Notes: generated by a model from the sequence alone, not told the origin. Counted from the stretch's first letter, positions 18,546 through 28,959 are shown. The stretch: 64,000 nucleotides of DNA from an uncultured archaeon (GCA_964353775.1 CAYGWB010000006.1:4718-68717); one strand, 5' to 3'. Made by a program: numbers and translations.

Positions 18546-18554
18546 TATTTTGAA

Positions 18555-18641
18555 TGGCGCCGGGGGTGCGATTCGAACGCACGGGCCCCTTGCGGGGCAC
18601 CAGCTTTCCAGGCTGGCGCACTACCGCTATGCGACCCCGGC
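18555..18641 (-). tRNA. tRNA-Ser(GGA)
   Basis: GCCGGGG...CCAGC-CT-GGA-AA-GCTGG, long variable arm, GTTCGAATC, encoded CCA. Confidence 0.96.
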
Positions 18642-18674
18642 AAAGGAGAATTGTAGTCGATAATTTAAAAACAA

Positions 18675-18998
18675 CTAGTCCTTGAGTTCTATAGAAATCT
18701 GCACGCCGTCCGGAACTGTGATTCGCATTATCTGTCTGAGCGTGCGCTCGTCCGCAGAAACATCGATGACGCGCTTGTGGATGCGCATCTGCCATCTGTC
18801 CCAGGTCGCGTTACCGTGTCCGGTACCGTCGCCGCAGGGCGTCTTCATCGTCGTCACTTTCAGCTTCTTCGTCGGCAAAGGAATCGGCCCTCGCATGGCT
18901 ACGCCGAACTTCTCCGTGATCCCTTTCAGTTCGGTGACAACGCTGTCCAACTTCGTCGGGTCGGTCGATGTCAGCTTTATGCGAGCTTTCTGGACCAT
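18675..18998 (-). CDS. rps10: 30S ribosomal protein uS10
   Basis: [30 protein letters not shown]. Confidence 0.96.
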   Translation of the reverse strand: MVQKARIKLTSTDPTKLDSVVTELKGITEKFGVAMRGPIPLPTKKLKVTTMKTPCGDGTGHGNATWDRWQMRIHKRVIDVSADERTLRQIMRITVPDGVQISIELKD

Positions 18999-19094
18999 AT
19001 CTATCAGACTTCTATTGAAGTCCAAAGGTATTTAAATAATTGCTTATTGCCAGAGCTGACGCTGGAACATGAAAAAAGAAGAAATAGAAAAATT

Positions 19095-20366
19095 CTATTT
19101 CGCTTTCACGACTTCCAGGCAAATGCCTGCCGCTACTGTCATGCCCATGTCTCGGATCGCGAATCGGCCGAGTTCAGGGATAACCTTTGCGGACTCGATA
19201 ACCAGCGGCCTTGTCGGCACGCACTTGATTATCGCTGCATCGCCTGCCTTGATGAAGTCAGGCTTTTCCTGCAGAACAGCTCCGGACTTCGGGTCAATTT
19301 TCTTCTGGATCTCGGTTATCTTGCATGCTGTCTGCGAAGTGTGCACGTGGAAGACGGGCGTGTAGCCGACCGTTATCACGTTCGGGTGCTGCAACACGAT
19401 TATCTGCGCCGTGAATTCCTTCGCGACCGTCGGCGGGTTGCTTACTGGACCTGCGACGTCACCGCGCTTTATGTCCGTCTTTGTCACACCGCGCACGGAG
19501 AATCCGATGTTGTCACCAGGCCTGGCCTCATTGATCTGCTCGTGGTGCATTTCTATTGTCTTGACCTCGCCTTTCGAACCGGACGGCTCGAAGACTATGG
19601 TATCACCTGTCTTGAGAATGCCTGTCTCAACACGTCCGACTGGGACTGTTCCGATACCTGTAATTGTGTACACGTCCTGAATCGGCAAGCGCAGAGGCTT
19701 GTCAACCGGCTGTGTCGGCACGACCAGGTTGTCGAGCTGCTCGAACAGCGTCGGTCCTGTGTACCAAGACATGTTCGACGATTTCTTGTATACGTTGTCA
19801 CCCACGTATCCGCTGAGCGGAATGAACTGTATCTTGCTCACGTCATATCCGACTGTCTGCAGAAGCTTTGACAGATCGGCCTTCGTGGCCTCGAACTTTG
19901 CCTTATCGTAGTTGACTGCGTCCATCTTGTTGATGGCTGCAATCACTTGCTTAACACCCAGCACCTTGATCAAGAAGACGTGCTCCTTTGTCTGCTCCTG
20001 TATTCCTTCCTTTGCAGAGCAAACCAGGATCGCGGCGTCCGCCTGCGAGGCACCGGTTATCATGTTCTTCACGAAGTCCCTGTGGCCTGGCGCGTCTATC
20101 ACGGTAAAATAATACTTCGGCGTGTCGAAGCGCGTGTGCATGATGTCTATGGTGACACCACGTTCCTGCTCTTCCTTCAACTTGTCCATGACGAAGGCGA
20201 ACTCGAACGTCTCCTTCTTCAGTTCCTTTGCGAGCTCTTTCAGCTTGCGCATGTCCTCTTCCTTGACGTTGCCGCTGTCATAGAGAAGTCGGCCGACTAG
20301 CGTAGACTTTCCGTGGTCGACGTGACCTATGGTTACAAGGTTCATGTGTGGTTTGTTTGCTGCCAT
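19095..20366 (-). CDS. tuf: Elongation factor 1-alpha
   Basis: [43 protein letters not shown]. Confidence 0.98.
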   Translation of the reverse strand: MAANKPHMNLVTIGHVDHGKSTLVGRLLYDSGNVKEEDMRKLKELAKELKKETFEFAFVMDKLKEEQERGVTIDIMHTRFDTPKYYFTVIDAPGHRDFVKNMITGASQADAAILVCSAKEGIQEQTKEHVFLIKVLGVKQVIAAINKMDAVNYDKAKFEATKADLSKLLQTVGYDVSKIQFIPLSGYVGDNVYKKSSNMSWYTGPTLFEQLDNLVVPTQPVDKPLRLPIQDVYTITGIGTVPVGRVETGILKTGDTIVFEPSGSKGEVKTIEMHHEQINEARPGDNIGFSVRGVTKTDIKRGDVAGPVSNPPTVAKEFTAQIIVLQHPNVITVGYTPVFHVHTSQTACKITEIQKKIDPKSGAVLQEKPDFIKAGDAAIIKCVPTRPLVIESAKVIPELGRFAIRDMGMTVAAGICLEVVKAK

Positions 20367-20465
20367 TACATATCCCTCCGAATTTTGATTGCGATAATAT
20401 CGCATTATTTTTAAGTTAGTTTAATCTTTGAACGAACCTATTTAAAGGTTGCGGTATTTTCGGCC

Positions 20466-22679
20466 CTAAGCCTCTGGTCTTGGCATCTCTTTGGACATAC
20501 CCTTTCGTTCGCGGATCTTGAGCACGGTCGGTTCGAGCAGATCCTTTGGCAAACGCTCGAACACGACGTCCATCATGGACTGGAAGCCCTTGCCTGCTGT
20601 CGCTGACTTGAGCGATGCCTCGAATCCGAACATCTCTCCAACGGGCAGCTTGACCGTTATCACGGACGAATACTCTTCCTGCTCTATGTTCATTATTTCT
20701 CCGCGACGGTTGCTAACTTCGCCTGTCACGTTGCCGATGTATTCCGTCGGGGTATCGATACGCAATATCTGTTTTGGCTCAAGCAGGGTCGCACCAGCCT
20801 TCAGTATTGCCTGGTGGACCGCCCAACGCACGGCCGGTATGACCTGAGCTGGACCGCGGTGGACAGCATCTTCGTGCAGGTCGGCGTCCGACAAGCGTAC
20901 TAATATAGCCGCCACAGGCTCCTTGGCGAGCGGGCCGCCGCCAGCCACTCCTGTGGTGGGGTCGATGGCCTCCCTGAATCCGTCCTTTATGTTCTCCATT
21001 GCCTCGTTGAGATACTGTATTCCTTTCGTTACGTCCGATAGTATCGAGTGATTGTGAATCAGCATTGCACCCTTTGCCGTGTCTTTGTCCAGTCCGAGAT
21101 CCTGCAGCTGTTTGATTATGCTGACATTCTTGCCTTTTATCTCGGCGTCACGTATGATGCCCTCGGACATCGCTCGGAATATTTCTGCGGGCATGGGCTC
21201 CACGCTTAAGTAGAACTTGTTGTGCTTGTTCGGGCTCTTGCCTTCGATGACCGGGCTCGTGCCTGCTATAGTCTCGCGGTAGACTACGATGGGCGGCGAA
21301 GCGATTATTTCTATACCCTTCTCCTTTATCTTTCGCTCGACCTTCGCATCCAAGTGCAGTTCGCCCAGACCTGAGACCAGCGTCTCGCCCGTCTCCTGGT
21401 TTATCTGAATCTTGAGCGTCGGGTCCTCACGACCGAGCGTCTTCAACACTTCTATGAGCTTTGGCAGGTCCTGCGGGTTCTTAGGTTCGATGGACTTTGT
21501 TACGACCGGTTCGAATATGTGCTTTATTGCCTCGAAGGGTTCGATGGGGTTTCCGGATTCTGATAGCGTCTCTCCTACCGTGACGTCCGTTAGGCCGACG
21601 AGTCCGACGACGTTACCGGACGGTGCATATTCGATAGGTATGCGTTTATCGGCGATGAACGTGGTGATCTGCTGTATCTTGATTGTGCGCCTCAGATCGT
21701 TCATATAGGCGTCCTGACCGCGGACCATGGTTCCAGAAAATATCCTTGCGGTCGCGATCATTCCGGCGTGCGGGTCGTAAACCACCTTCGTGATGCATGC
21801 TGCAAGCTTGCCCTTTGGGTCGCATGCGACCAGCTGCTTGCCCAGTTCGCTGGTCGGTTCGCCTTTCCATATTCTCGCTATCCTGTAGGACTGCGCCTCT
21901 GTCGGCGCGGGCAAATGCTTCACGACCATGTCCATGACCACGACATGCATGGGTGCGCGCTTCGCAAGCTCCTCGTCCCTGTTCTGGGAGCACAGATCGA
22001 TGATGTCCTTGAACGTGACGCCAAATTTCTTCATGGACGGAACAGAAATGGCCCATTTACGCAATGCGGAACCGAACGCAACCGACCCGTCCTCGACCTT
22101 GCAGACCCACTTGTCGCGGAACTGTGGCTCGACGCTCCTGGCGATGAACTTGTTGACCTCGACGACTATCGAGGCCAGACGCTTCTGAAGGGCTTCCGGA
22201 GTCAGTTTCAGCTCTTTTATTGCACGGTCGACCTTATTGATGAAAAGGATTGGCTTGACACGTTCGGCCAGCGCTTGCTTGAGCACGGTCTCGGTCTGGG
22301 GCATTATTCCTTCGACGGCGCATACCATGACGACACCGCCGTCCACTGCTCGCATGGCCTGCGTGACGTCTGCGCCGAAGTCCACGTGACCAGGCGTGTC
22401 CATGAGGTTTATAAGATACTTCTGGCCCTCGTAGTCGTGGGCCATGGTTACAGTAGCACCATAGATAGTCATCAGACGCTCGTGTTCCTGCTCGTCTATC
22501 CAAGTTAGCATACGCTCGCCGACCAGTTCTTTGGCAATCATTCCGGCAGCTGCTGCCAGATTGTCCGTCAGACAGGTCTTTCCGTGGTGGATGTGTGAGA
22601 CTATGCCTATGTTCCGGATGTTGACTGGATTGGCCATCAGGGATTGTATCTTTTCAGAATGCTCCTCTTTTCCTGCCAT
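20466..22679 (-). CDS. fusA: Elongation factor 2
   Basis: DTPGHVDF, NKVD, GLGELHL, SPNKHNKF, diphthamide loop HEDAVHRG; atypical G1 SHIHHGKT. Confidence 0.97.
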   Translation of the reverse strand: MAGKEEHSEKIQSLMANPVNIRNIGIVSHIHHGKTCLTDNLAAAAGMIAKELVGERMLTWIDEQEHERLMTIYGATVTMAHDYEGQKYLINLMDTPGHVDFGADVTQAMRAVDGGVVMVCAVEGIMPQTETVLKQALAERVKPILFINKVDRAIKELKLTPEALQKRLASIVVEVNKFIARSVEPQFRDKWVCKVEDGSVAFGSALRKWAISVPSMKKFGVTFKDIIDLCSQNRDEELAKRAPMHVVVMDMVVKHLPAPTEAQSYRIARIWKGEPTSELGKQLVACDPKGKLAACITKVVYDPHAGMIATARIFSGTMVRGQDAYMNDLRRTIKIQQITTFIADKRIPIEYAPSGNVVGLVGLTDVTVGETLSESGNPIEPFEAIKHIFEPVVTKSIEPKNPQDLPKLIEVLKTLGREDPTLKIQINQETGETLVSGLGELHLDAKVERKIKEKGIEIIASPPIVVYRETIAGTSPVIEGKSPNKHNKFYLSVEPMPAEIFRAMSEGIIRDAEIKGKNVSIIKQLQDLGLDKDTAKGAMLIHNHSILSDVTKGIQYLNEAMENIKDGFREAIDPTTGVAGGGPLAKEPVAAILVRLSDADLHEDAVHRGPAQVIPAVRWAVHQAILKAGATLLEPKQILRIDTPTEYIGNVTGEVSNRRGEIMNIEQEEYSSVITVKLPVGEMFGFEASLKSATAGKGFQSMMDVVFERLPKDLLEPTVLKIRERKGMSKEMPRPEA

Positions 22680-22710
22680 GTTCTCACTCCAGCTGATCGC
22701 ATAAGAATTA

Positions 22711-23313
22711 TTATCTTGCGCCTGCCGCCTCTCTTTCTATCCTTTCCTTCTCTCTAATCGCAACGGAGTTCTGAGAATCATAATTGTATGCAGCTACTAT
22801 CTCGTCCGCCAGTGCTTCAGCGGTCGTCTTCGGTTTTCCTACGGACTTCTGGTAGGAGCCCTGCGCTATCAATCGCAATGCCAAGTCAACACGCCGCTGC
22901 GGTCCTGCAATAACTGCGCGACGGACCATTATTCCACCCATCTGGAAGCTCGTTATCTCCTCCCGCAACGCCGCGTTCTCGACTGCTTTGACGAACACTT
23001 CAAGAGGATTGACCTTGGTTTTTGCCTGAACTATTTCGAATGCCTGAATAATGACTCTCCATAATACCTGCGTTTTTCCTACGCATCTGCCGCTTGATAT
23101 CAGATGCTTCTTGCCGCGGTGTCCCGGAACGAACATGTGCGTTACTAAACGTTCGACAATGTTCATGTTCGATTTGTGGAACTGCTGCGCGGCCGATCTT
23201 CCGCATGAACGCGGAATGATGACAGGTCTCAAATTGATATAGTTCTTCAGGCCCTGGTCATTGACAGTGATTCCATCGATGGACCATTTGTTGAAAAGTT
23301 TTATTTCTACCAT
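22711..23313 (-). CDS. rps7: 30S ribosomal protein uS7
   Basis: KLFNKWS, NIVERL, PQRRVDLAL, LADEI, KERIER. Confidence 0.96.
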   Translation of the reverse strand: MVEIKLFNKWSIDGITVNDQGLKNYINLRPVIIPRSCGRSAAQQFHKSNMNIVERLVTHMFVPGHRGKKHLISSGRCVGKTQVLWRVIIQAFEIVQAKTKVNPLEVFVKAVENAALREEITSFQMGGIMVRRAVIAGPQRRVDLALRLIAQGSYQKSVGKPKTTAEALADEIVAAYNYDSQNSVAIREKERIEREAAGAR

Positions 23314-23736
23314 TTACTTCGCCTGTTTCTTTGCCTTGCCCCTGCGCAACATCTCTAGTGGCTGATTGTTGACCTTGATGACCTTCCAGCGTACGCCCCA
23401 CATGCTTCCGACGGCGCCGCCCTGCGAGCCGCCGAGCCCTTCAACGAGAACCTCATCGTGCTCGTTTATCAGGTCGATCGCGCCTGTGCGCGGAACGAAG
23501 GCCGTGATCTCCTTACCGTTCTTCAAGAGCTGGACGCGCACGGCCTTGATTATGCCGGAATGCGGTTGCTTCTGCTCGATGCCCTTCTTGGCGAGAACGA
23601 TGCCCTTGGCCTGGCTAGAGCCTTCCAAAGGATCCTTCTTCTCCTTGAGCTTTAGCGTCTTGACCTTGTACTTGGTCTTGTGCCAGCGCCAGTCCTTGCG
23701 CTGCGCGACCATCTTTCTACCGCCGAATTCTCCCAT
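23314..23736 (-). CDS. rps12: 30S ribosomal protein uS12
   Basis: AKGIV, KQPHSGIIKAVRVQLLKNGK, EHDEVLVEG. Confidence 0.96.
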   Translation of the reverse strand: MGEFGGRKMVAQRKDWRWHKTKYKVKTLKLKEKKDPLEGSSQAKGIVLAKKGIEQKQPHSGIIKAVRVQLLKNGKEITAFVPRTGAIDLINEHDEVLVEGLGGSQGGAVGSMWGVRWKVIKVNNQPLEMLRRGKAKKQAK

Positions 23737-23804
23737 TATATCACGTAGAACTTATGTCAGCATGAGTCTTTAAAAGCTTTTGCCCAAGCAGGTCTGGGAA
23801 AAAC

Positions 23805-23921
23805 TGGTAGCCCCGGGAAGATTCGAACTTCCGTCTCGAGGTCACTTCGTCATCTCCGAAGATCTGTGCTTTGGAGATTGACTCCAAAGCCTCGCATCCT
23901 TGGCCGCTAGACGACGGGGCT
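23805..23921 (-). tRNA. tRNA-Gln(TTG) with 41-nt intron at 37/38 (intron 23843-23883)
   Basis: AGCCCCG acceptor stem, CGAGG-CT-TTG-G|intron|A-CCTCG, bulge-helix-bulge (CTTT/GAAG helix, GGA and TGA bulges, GTCA/TGAC), CCA end. Confidence 0.93.
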
Positions 23922-23975
23922 GAGACGAATTTCGGTTCAGGAATATTTAAATTGCCGTTGTCCGATAGTTTAGGC

Positions 23976-25850
23976 ATGCGAATCATAACCCTTCACAGCG
24001 ATTCGCTCGTTGTGGAGCCGAAGACAAAGGCCATCAAGGACGCGGAAGAGATAACCAAAAAGAAGCTCAGCTTCGGCGAATCTCTGGTCGTGCTGACAGC
24101 CGTCGAGGAGCGAGACGAGGCCGCTGTAGACACCGTGGCAACGAACACGATTGACGCGATAAAGAAGGTCGCCGACCAGGTCAAGGTAAAGAGCGTCGTG
24201 CTCTACCCGTATGTTCATCTGACCTCCACGCCGTCTTCACCGTCGACCGCACGCAAGGTGCTGAAAGCGATCGAGGACGGACTGACAAAGGAAGGATATT
24301 CTGTCGATCATGCGCCGTTCGGCTGGTACAAGGCGTTCACTATCTCTGTTAAAGGGCATCCGCTCTCAGAACTGAGCAGGGAAATAATGGCGATACCCGG
24401 AGTTGCAAAAAACGAGGACGTTATTTCCGGTGCTCTTAAGGATGAGGAAAAGGTCAAGAGCGAATGGCTTGTCATGAACCTAGAAGGCAAATTGGTCCCG
24501 GCTGACAAATTTGATTTCAAGAAATGGCCGAACCTGCAGAAATTCTGGAAGCACGAGTCTGCCAAGATAAGGACTGTCACAGGAGAACCGCCGCACGTAA
24601 AGCTGATGCGGTCGCTCGAGCTTGTGGATTACGAACCTGGAAGCGACCCTGGAAACCTGAGATGGATGCCCAAGGGTTCGTTGATCAAGAGACTTCTGGA
24701 AGAATGGGTCTGGAACAAGGTGATTGATTACGGAGCGTTGGAGGTGGAAACACCGGTCATGTACGATTATGAGCATCCTGCGCTCAAGGCCTATCTCAAT
24801 CGTTTCCCTTCAAGGCAATACGTCGTCAAGAGCGCAAAGAAAGACTTCTTCTTAAGGTTCAGCGCCTGCTTCGGACAGTTCCTTACTGCTGCAGCAGCAA
24901 CAATCAGCTACAGAAACCTTCCGATGAAAATATACGAGCTGACCCGTTACAGCTTCCGCCTGGAAAAGGCGGGTGAGATTACCGGTCTGAGGCGTTTACG
25001 AGCTTTCACGATGCCTGATATGCACACATTATGTGCTGACATTGAACAGGCAAAAGACGAGTTCAAATCACAGTTCAAGCTCTGCATGGAATGCATGAAA
25101 GATATCGGTTATGAACCTGCAGATTATGAAACCGCAATAAGGTTCACTGAAGAGTTCGGCAAAGAAAATGCCGAATGGTTATCAAAGTTTCCGAAACTGA
25201 TCGGAAAGCCCGTATTAATCGAACGCTGGAGCTTCCGCTATGCTTACTTCGATCCCAAGTTCGAGTTCAACGTATTGGACAGCGGTGACAGGGCCGCTGC
25301 CCTTAGCACGGTCCAAGTTGACCACGAAAACGGTAAGACGTTCGGTATATTCTATACTGATGCGGATAACAAACGAAAGAACCCGCTGATACTTCATTGC
25401 TCGCCGTCAGGCGCTATAGAACGCGTTCTATGGGCACTGCTGGAACGAGCGCATATGGAATCGCAGAAAGGCAAGAATGCAATGCTGCCGCTGTGGCTTG
25501 CGCCGATACAAATCAGGGTATGCCCGATGAATGACGAGCTCGTTGACGACTGCAACAAGATAGCGGACGAATTTGGCGCATGCAACATACGCGTGGATGT
25601 GGACGACCGCGTAGAGTCCGTTCAGAAGAAGATCCGGGACGCTGAGATGGAATGGATACCGTTCATAATAGTCTACGGTGAAAGGGAAAAGAAGACCGGC
25701 AACCTGGCCGTCCGCCTACGTGAGACCGGCAAAGTGGAGCAGATGTCGTCAAAGCAGCTGACCGAGCTAATACAAAAACAGACGGAAAAATTCCCGTTCA
25801 AACCGTTGCCGTTGCCGCGCCTTTTGTCGAAGAGGCCGACGTTCCTTTGA
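23976..25850 (+). CDS. thrS: Threonine--tRNA ligase (archaeal type)
   Basis: N-terminal editing domain YPYVHL...PFGWYKAF..KGHPLSELSR; RLRAFTMPDMH; HCSPSGAIER. Confidence 0.97.
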   Translation: MRIITLHSDSLVVEPKTKAIKDAEEITKKKLSFGESLVVLTAVEERDEAAVDTVATNTIDAIKKVADQVKVKSVVLYPYVHLTSTPSSPSTARKVLKAIEDGLTKEGYSVDHAPFGWYKAFTISVKGHPLSELSREIMAIPGVAKNEDVISGALKDEEKVKSEWLVMNLEGKLVPADKFDFKKWPNLQKFWKHESAKIRTVTGEPPHVKLMRSLELVDYEPGSDPGNLRWMPKGSLIKRLLEEWVWNKVIDYGALEVETPVMYDYEHPALKAYLNRFPSRQYVVKSAKKDFFLRFSACFGQFLTAAAATISYRNLPMKIYELTRYSFRLEKAGEITGLRRLRAFTMPDMHTLCADIEQAKDEFKSQFKLCMECMKDIGYEPADYETAIRFTEEFGKENAEWLSKFPKLIGKPVLIERWSFRYAYFDPKFEFNVLDSGDRAAALSTVQVDHENGKTFGIFYTDADNKRKNPLILHCSPSGAIERVLWALLERAHMESQKGKNAMLPLWLAPIQIRVCPMNDELVDDCNKIADEFGACNIRVDVDDRVESVQKKIRDAEMEWIPFIIVYGEREKKTGNLAVRLRETGKVEQMSSKQLTELIQKQTEKFPFKPLPLPRLLSKRPTFL

Positions 25851-26445
25851 AAATCCGCCTTCTGAACTTCCATACGATAACGATGATTATGCCTATCGCG
25901 AACAGCAGGACTTCAAACTGCCTGAATATTCCCATAAGCGTGGTCCATTTCTCTCCGAGCCAGAAGCCGAAGGCCGCTAAAACGGTCGACCATATCAGCG
26001 AGCCGGCGAGAGTATAGAAGGTGAATTTTTTCAGATCCATCTTCCCTATACCTGCTGGCAAGGAAACGAAAGTTCGAACGGCCGGCAAGAGACGCGAAAA
26101 GAAGACGGCTGAGTTGCCCCATCTTGCGAACCAGCGCTCGGCCATGTCAAGATGGCGGTCGTGGACGAAAAAATATTTCCCGTACTTTTTCACGATAGGA
26201 CGGCCGCCTTTCAGTCCTATATAATAGGATATGAGTGAGCCGAACAGGTTTCCGAAGCCGGCAGCTGCAACGACTGCCCAGAAACTGAATCTGGTCGTGT
26301 ATGCAAGATAGCCGGAAAAGGGCACGATGACCTCGCTCGGTATTGGAATGTTCGCGGACTCAAGGGCTGACAACAAAAATATGCCCGGATATCCCAAGGC
26401 CGAAATTATATTTATGACCCATTCGATTATTAACTCGAGCACCAT
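25798..26445 (-). CDS. DedA family membrane protein
   Basis: LESANIPIPSEV, YYIG, FFSRLLPAVRTFVSLPAG. Confidence 0.93.
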   Translation of the reverse strand: MVLELIIEWVINIISALGYPGIFLLSALESANIPIPSEVIVPFSGYLAYTTRFSFWAVVAAAGFGNLFGSLISYYIGLKGGRPIVKKYGKYFFVHDRHLDMAERWFARWGNSAVFFSRLLPAVRTFVSLPAGIGKMDLKKFTFYTLAGSLIWSTVLAAFGFWLGEKWTTLMGIFRQFEVLLFAIGIIIVIVWKFRRRIFKGTSASSTKGAATATV

Positions 26446-26482
26446 GGCTAACTGATGCTAAAATTAAGATAAAAAGCTGCGC

Positions 26483-27292
26483 TTATGCCGAAGGCAGCTT
26501 CGCCCACATGGCCTCGAACATCGGTCCGATGGTCGAACCAGCCACATGATCGGACTGCGTCCACAGCGCAAGGTCCTGCGTCGGATGCACATCCTTGTCG
26601 CTTGTAAGAGCGATTATCAGATGCGTTCCATCGACCAGCGCGAACCTTCCGGTCGCCTTGCCCTCAGGCATTTTCTTGACTTCTGCGAACGCCTTCAGGG
26701 CCGCAGCGGCCTCGCCACTGATCTTACTGATCGGCGCAACGATGCGAACCTTCACACCCTTGCCAGACGCCTTCTTCAGGACGTCCGCATGCCTGGTGTG
26801 CAGTTCCGCCAAACCGTCAGCTGTAGTTACGATAGATATGTGGGATTTCGCTCCCTTGAAAATAGTCTCGAGCTGGTTGTGCAGCGCGCTTCTTCCGCGC
26901 AGGCTGCCTGTCAGCTCGCCCGGCTCAACCATCGTGACGCCGTGCTTGAATATCTTGTCCAGTTCCTTCAAAACAGGCGACGTCTGCATGTTTGCCAGAC
27001 GATCAACAGAAACATCAGCATCCTCTTTGATCTTTTTCTTCGCGCGTTCAAGTGATTCAGCAGGTGCTATTGCAACATACTTTATCGGCTTGGTCGTTTG
27101 AATCATTACAAAGCCTTTTTCAGCAAGGCTCTCAAGAACATCATAAGTTCGGCTATGAGGCACTTTTGCAAGCGAGCTAAGCTCACCGGCAGTCGCTGTT
27201 CCGCGGCCGAGCAGCGCTACCCATAGTTTTCTCTCATAAAGGTTTAATCCTATACTCTTCAGAGCATCTAGCACGGCTTGAGGCGCGACCAT
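26483..27292 (-). CDS. TrmB family transcriptional regulator
   Basis: LKSIGLNLYE, KVPHSRTYDVLESLAEKGFV, PIKY; C-terminal PLD-like domain. Confidence 0.92.
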   Translation of the reverse strand: MVAPQAVLDALKSIGLNLYERKLWVALLGRGTATAGELSSLAKVPHSRTYDVLESLAEKGFVMIQTTKPIKYVAIAPAESLERAKKKIKEDADVSVDRLANMQTSPVLKELDKIFKHGVTMVEPGELTGSLRGRSALHNQLETIFKGAKSHISIVTTADGLAELHTRHADVLKKASGKGVKVRIVAPISKISGEAAAALKAFAEVKKMPEGKATGRFALVDGTHLIIALTSDKDVHPTQDLALWTQSDHVAGSTIGPMFEAMWAKLPSA

Positions 27293-27498
27293 TGCAAAAT
27301 CACCTTTTGTCATTTTTATCATTTAGGGTTTGCTATTACAACGGTTTGCTGATATTTAAGCTTTATTACCGTCGTGTGAGAGGTTTTCCTCTCTTTTATT
27401 CCCTATAGATAATGGTATACAAAGGTATTTAAACACATCACTACATGGCAGTAATAAAGATTTAGACATTAATTACCCTGTAGTGAGGGTTAATATCA

Positions 27499-28383
27499 TT
27501 ATTTATGACCGACTTTTGCCGAACTCTTGGCGATCTCCGTTTCTGTCCAGCCGATTGTTGGCTGCAAGAGGCAGAAGCCGGCTGTTGAAATCGTCTTTTG
27601 CAGGTCCTTTGCCACTTTTGCCGGACCGATTATTACTCGTATCCTGCTCTTCTGCGCTATATCGGACAGCCGTTCTATCTTATCCAAACTATAAAAATAC
27701 GGTTTCCGGCCTATGTGCCAGCTTTTCAACACGCTTGCTGATTTTTTTGCAGTTGATTTTGTGAAAAATATCATCTCGACGCCGCGCTTCATAATCAGCC
27801 ATGCCGCGACAACGGCCTCTAGGCCGTCTATGATTGCAGCGGCCCTGCCAGAACTGCCAAGAGGCATCCCGCCTGCGCATGGGATCTTCTCCGCGAAGAT
27901 GTAGGCCTTGGTCGAACGAACCTCGATGAACATCTCTATATCCGGTCTTGAGAGGTTGACCTTACCGTTAGTCACCCTCTTTACTGCGGCCCCTGCTTCC
28001 TCTGCTATTGAGCGCGTCGTAAAGGGATGCACTCCGACCCTATGCGGTCTTATCGCAAAGGACTTCTTCGGATTCAATTTCAGCGCTTTCTTCGCGATAT
28101 CAGAAGCCAGGACCTTTATCTCGTCAAGGTCGCTGCGGCATATCCAGGCCGGAGATACGGAGACTATGCCAAAAACTTTCTGGAGCCTTTTTGTCGCCTT
28201 TTTGATGTCCGGCGTGTATACGAATATCCTGTTACGCATTATTTCCATCTTGAACTTTACACCCTTTAGCGCTGCGCGCATGTTGTCCAGAAGCATCGAG
28301 AACATGCGCTTCTGTACAGGATCGCTCTTCAGCGCTAGTTCGCCTACGCGAACTAGCAGGCAGTCTGGCTTTTTGAACGGCAT
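27499..28383 (-). CDS. ThiI-like NFLD+THUMP protein with degenerate PP-loop
   Basis: VRVGELALKS, KVFGIVSVSP, VNLSRPD, GGMPLGSSG, AAWLIMKRG; SGGIDS replaced by IDGLEA. Confidence 0.8.
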   Translation of the reverse strand: MPFKKPDCLLVRVGELALKSDPVQKRMFSMLLDNMRAALKGVKFKMEIMRNRIFVYTPDIKKATKRLQKVFGIVSVSPAWICRSDLDEIKVLASDIAKKALKLNPKKSFAIRPHRVGVHPFTTRSIAEEAGAAVKRVTNGKVNLSRPDIEMFIEVRSTKAYIFAEKIPCAGGMPLGSSGRAAAIIDGLEAVVAAWLIMKRGVEMIFFTKSTAKKSASVLKSWHIGRKPYFYSLDKIERLSDIAQKSRIRVIIGPAKVAKDLQKTISTAGFCLLQPTIGWTETEIAKSSAKVGHK

Positions 28384-28404
28384 AATAGAACTTCGGTTTG
28401 CTTA

Positions 28405-28911
28405 TTAATTAGCTTCAGTTTTAGGTTCGATATTCTTTCGCAATTCTTTTTCCATATTTGTTCGCACTTCGTTGACATACCATTCAGAATACTTATGAGG
28501 TGTGTCATCCAAGAAATCCGAACCATTAAGTATCTGCCACATGGCGTATAGGAATTTTTCTTCCTCAGCATGGTCGGTATAGGTTCTGTGACTCTCATAG
28601 AGTTCGCGCTGCTGGTTCTTATCCGGGACGACATCGTCCATCGTCTCTTTAAGCGCTCTCGCAAGAGCCATATTGTATTCATTACGAGGTTCGTATTTCA
28701 CTATTTTTGCGCGAGGTTTTCCATCCGGACCGTCCGCTTCTCGAACCAATTGAACCGGGTTCTTGGCGCTTACAAAATCTTCACCAATATAGGTAAAGGG
28801 TTGGTGTGGGATGCCTTCAATCGCTTTACTGCCCTTCTCATTCCATTTCTGCCAAATCTGTTGTAGCTTCGGATCCCATTTTCCGTACATGCAATCTTTT
28901 GAAGGAGGCAT
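28405..28911 (-). CDS. Hypothetical protein (AT-rich, orphan)
   Basis: 168-aa ORF with own TATA and AGGTAAT SD-like sequence; no recognisable motif. Confidence 0.65.
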   Translation of the reverse strand: MPPSKDCMYGKWDPKLQQIWQKWNEKGSKAIEGIPHQPFTYIGEDFVSAKNPVQLVREADGPDGKPRAKIVKYEPRNEYNMALARALKETMDDVVPDKNQQRELYESHRTYTDHAEEEKFLYAMWQILNGSDFLDDTPHKYSEWYVNEVRTNMEKELRKNIEPKTEAN

Positions 28912-28959
28912 TTGATTACCTGTAAAAATATTACGTTAGAAAACTTTAAATAGGAACCT

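Noticed and set aside
20390-20404. Palindrome TGCGATA-A-TATCGCA upstream of EF-1a (and GACTTC-N4-GAAGTC before rps10)
   Set aside because: Short single occurrences with no shared consensus; chance or simple leader hairpins cannot be excluded.
6053-22508. Many long plus-strand ORFs opposite ribosomal and elongation-factor genes
   Set aside because: Antisense shadows of conserved genes, with no motifs.
23741-23986. 81-aa minus-strand ORF and 35-aa N-terminal extension of ThrRS
   Set aside because: Both overlap tRNA-Gln; ThrRS homology begins at ATG 23976.
25798-25850. 53-nt convergent overlap of thrS and dedA
   Set aside because: Tail-to-tail overlaps are common in compact archaeal genomes; no sign of frameshift or regulation.
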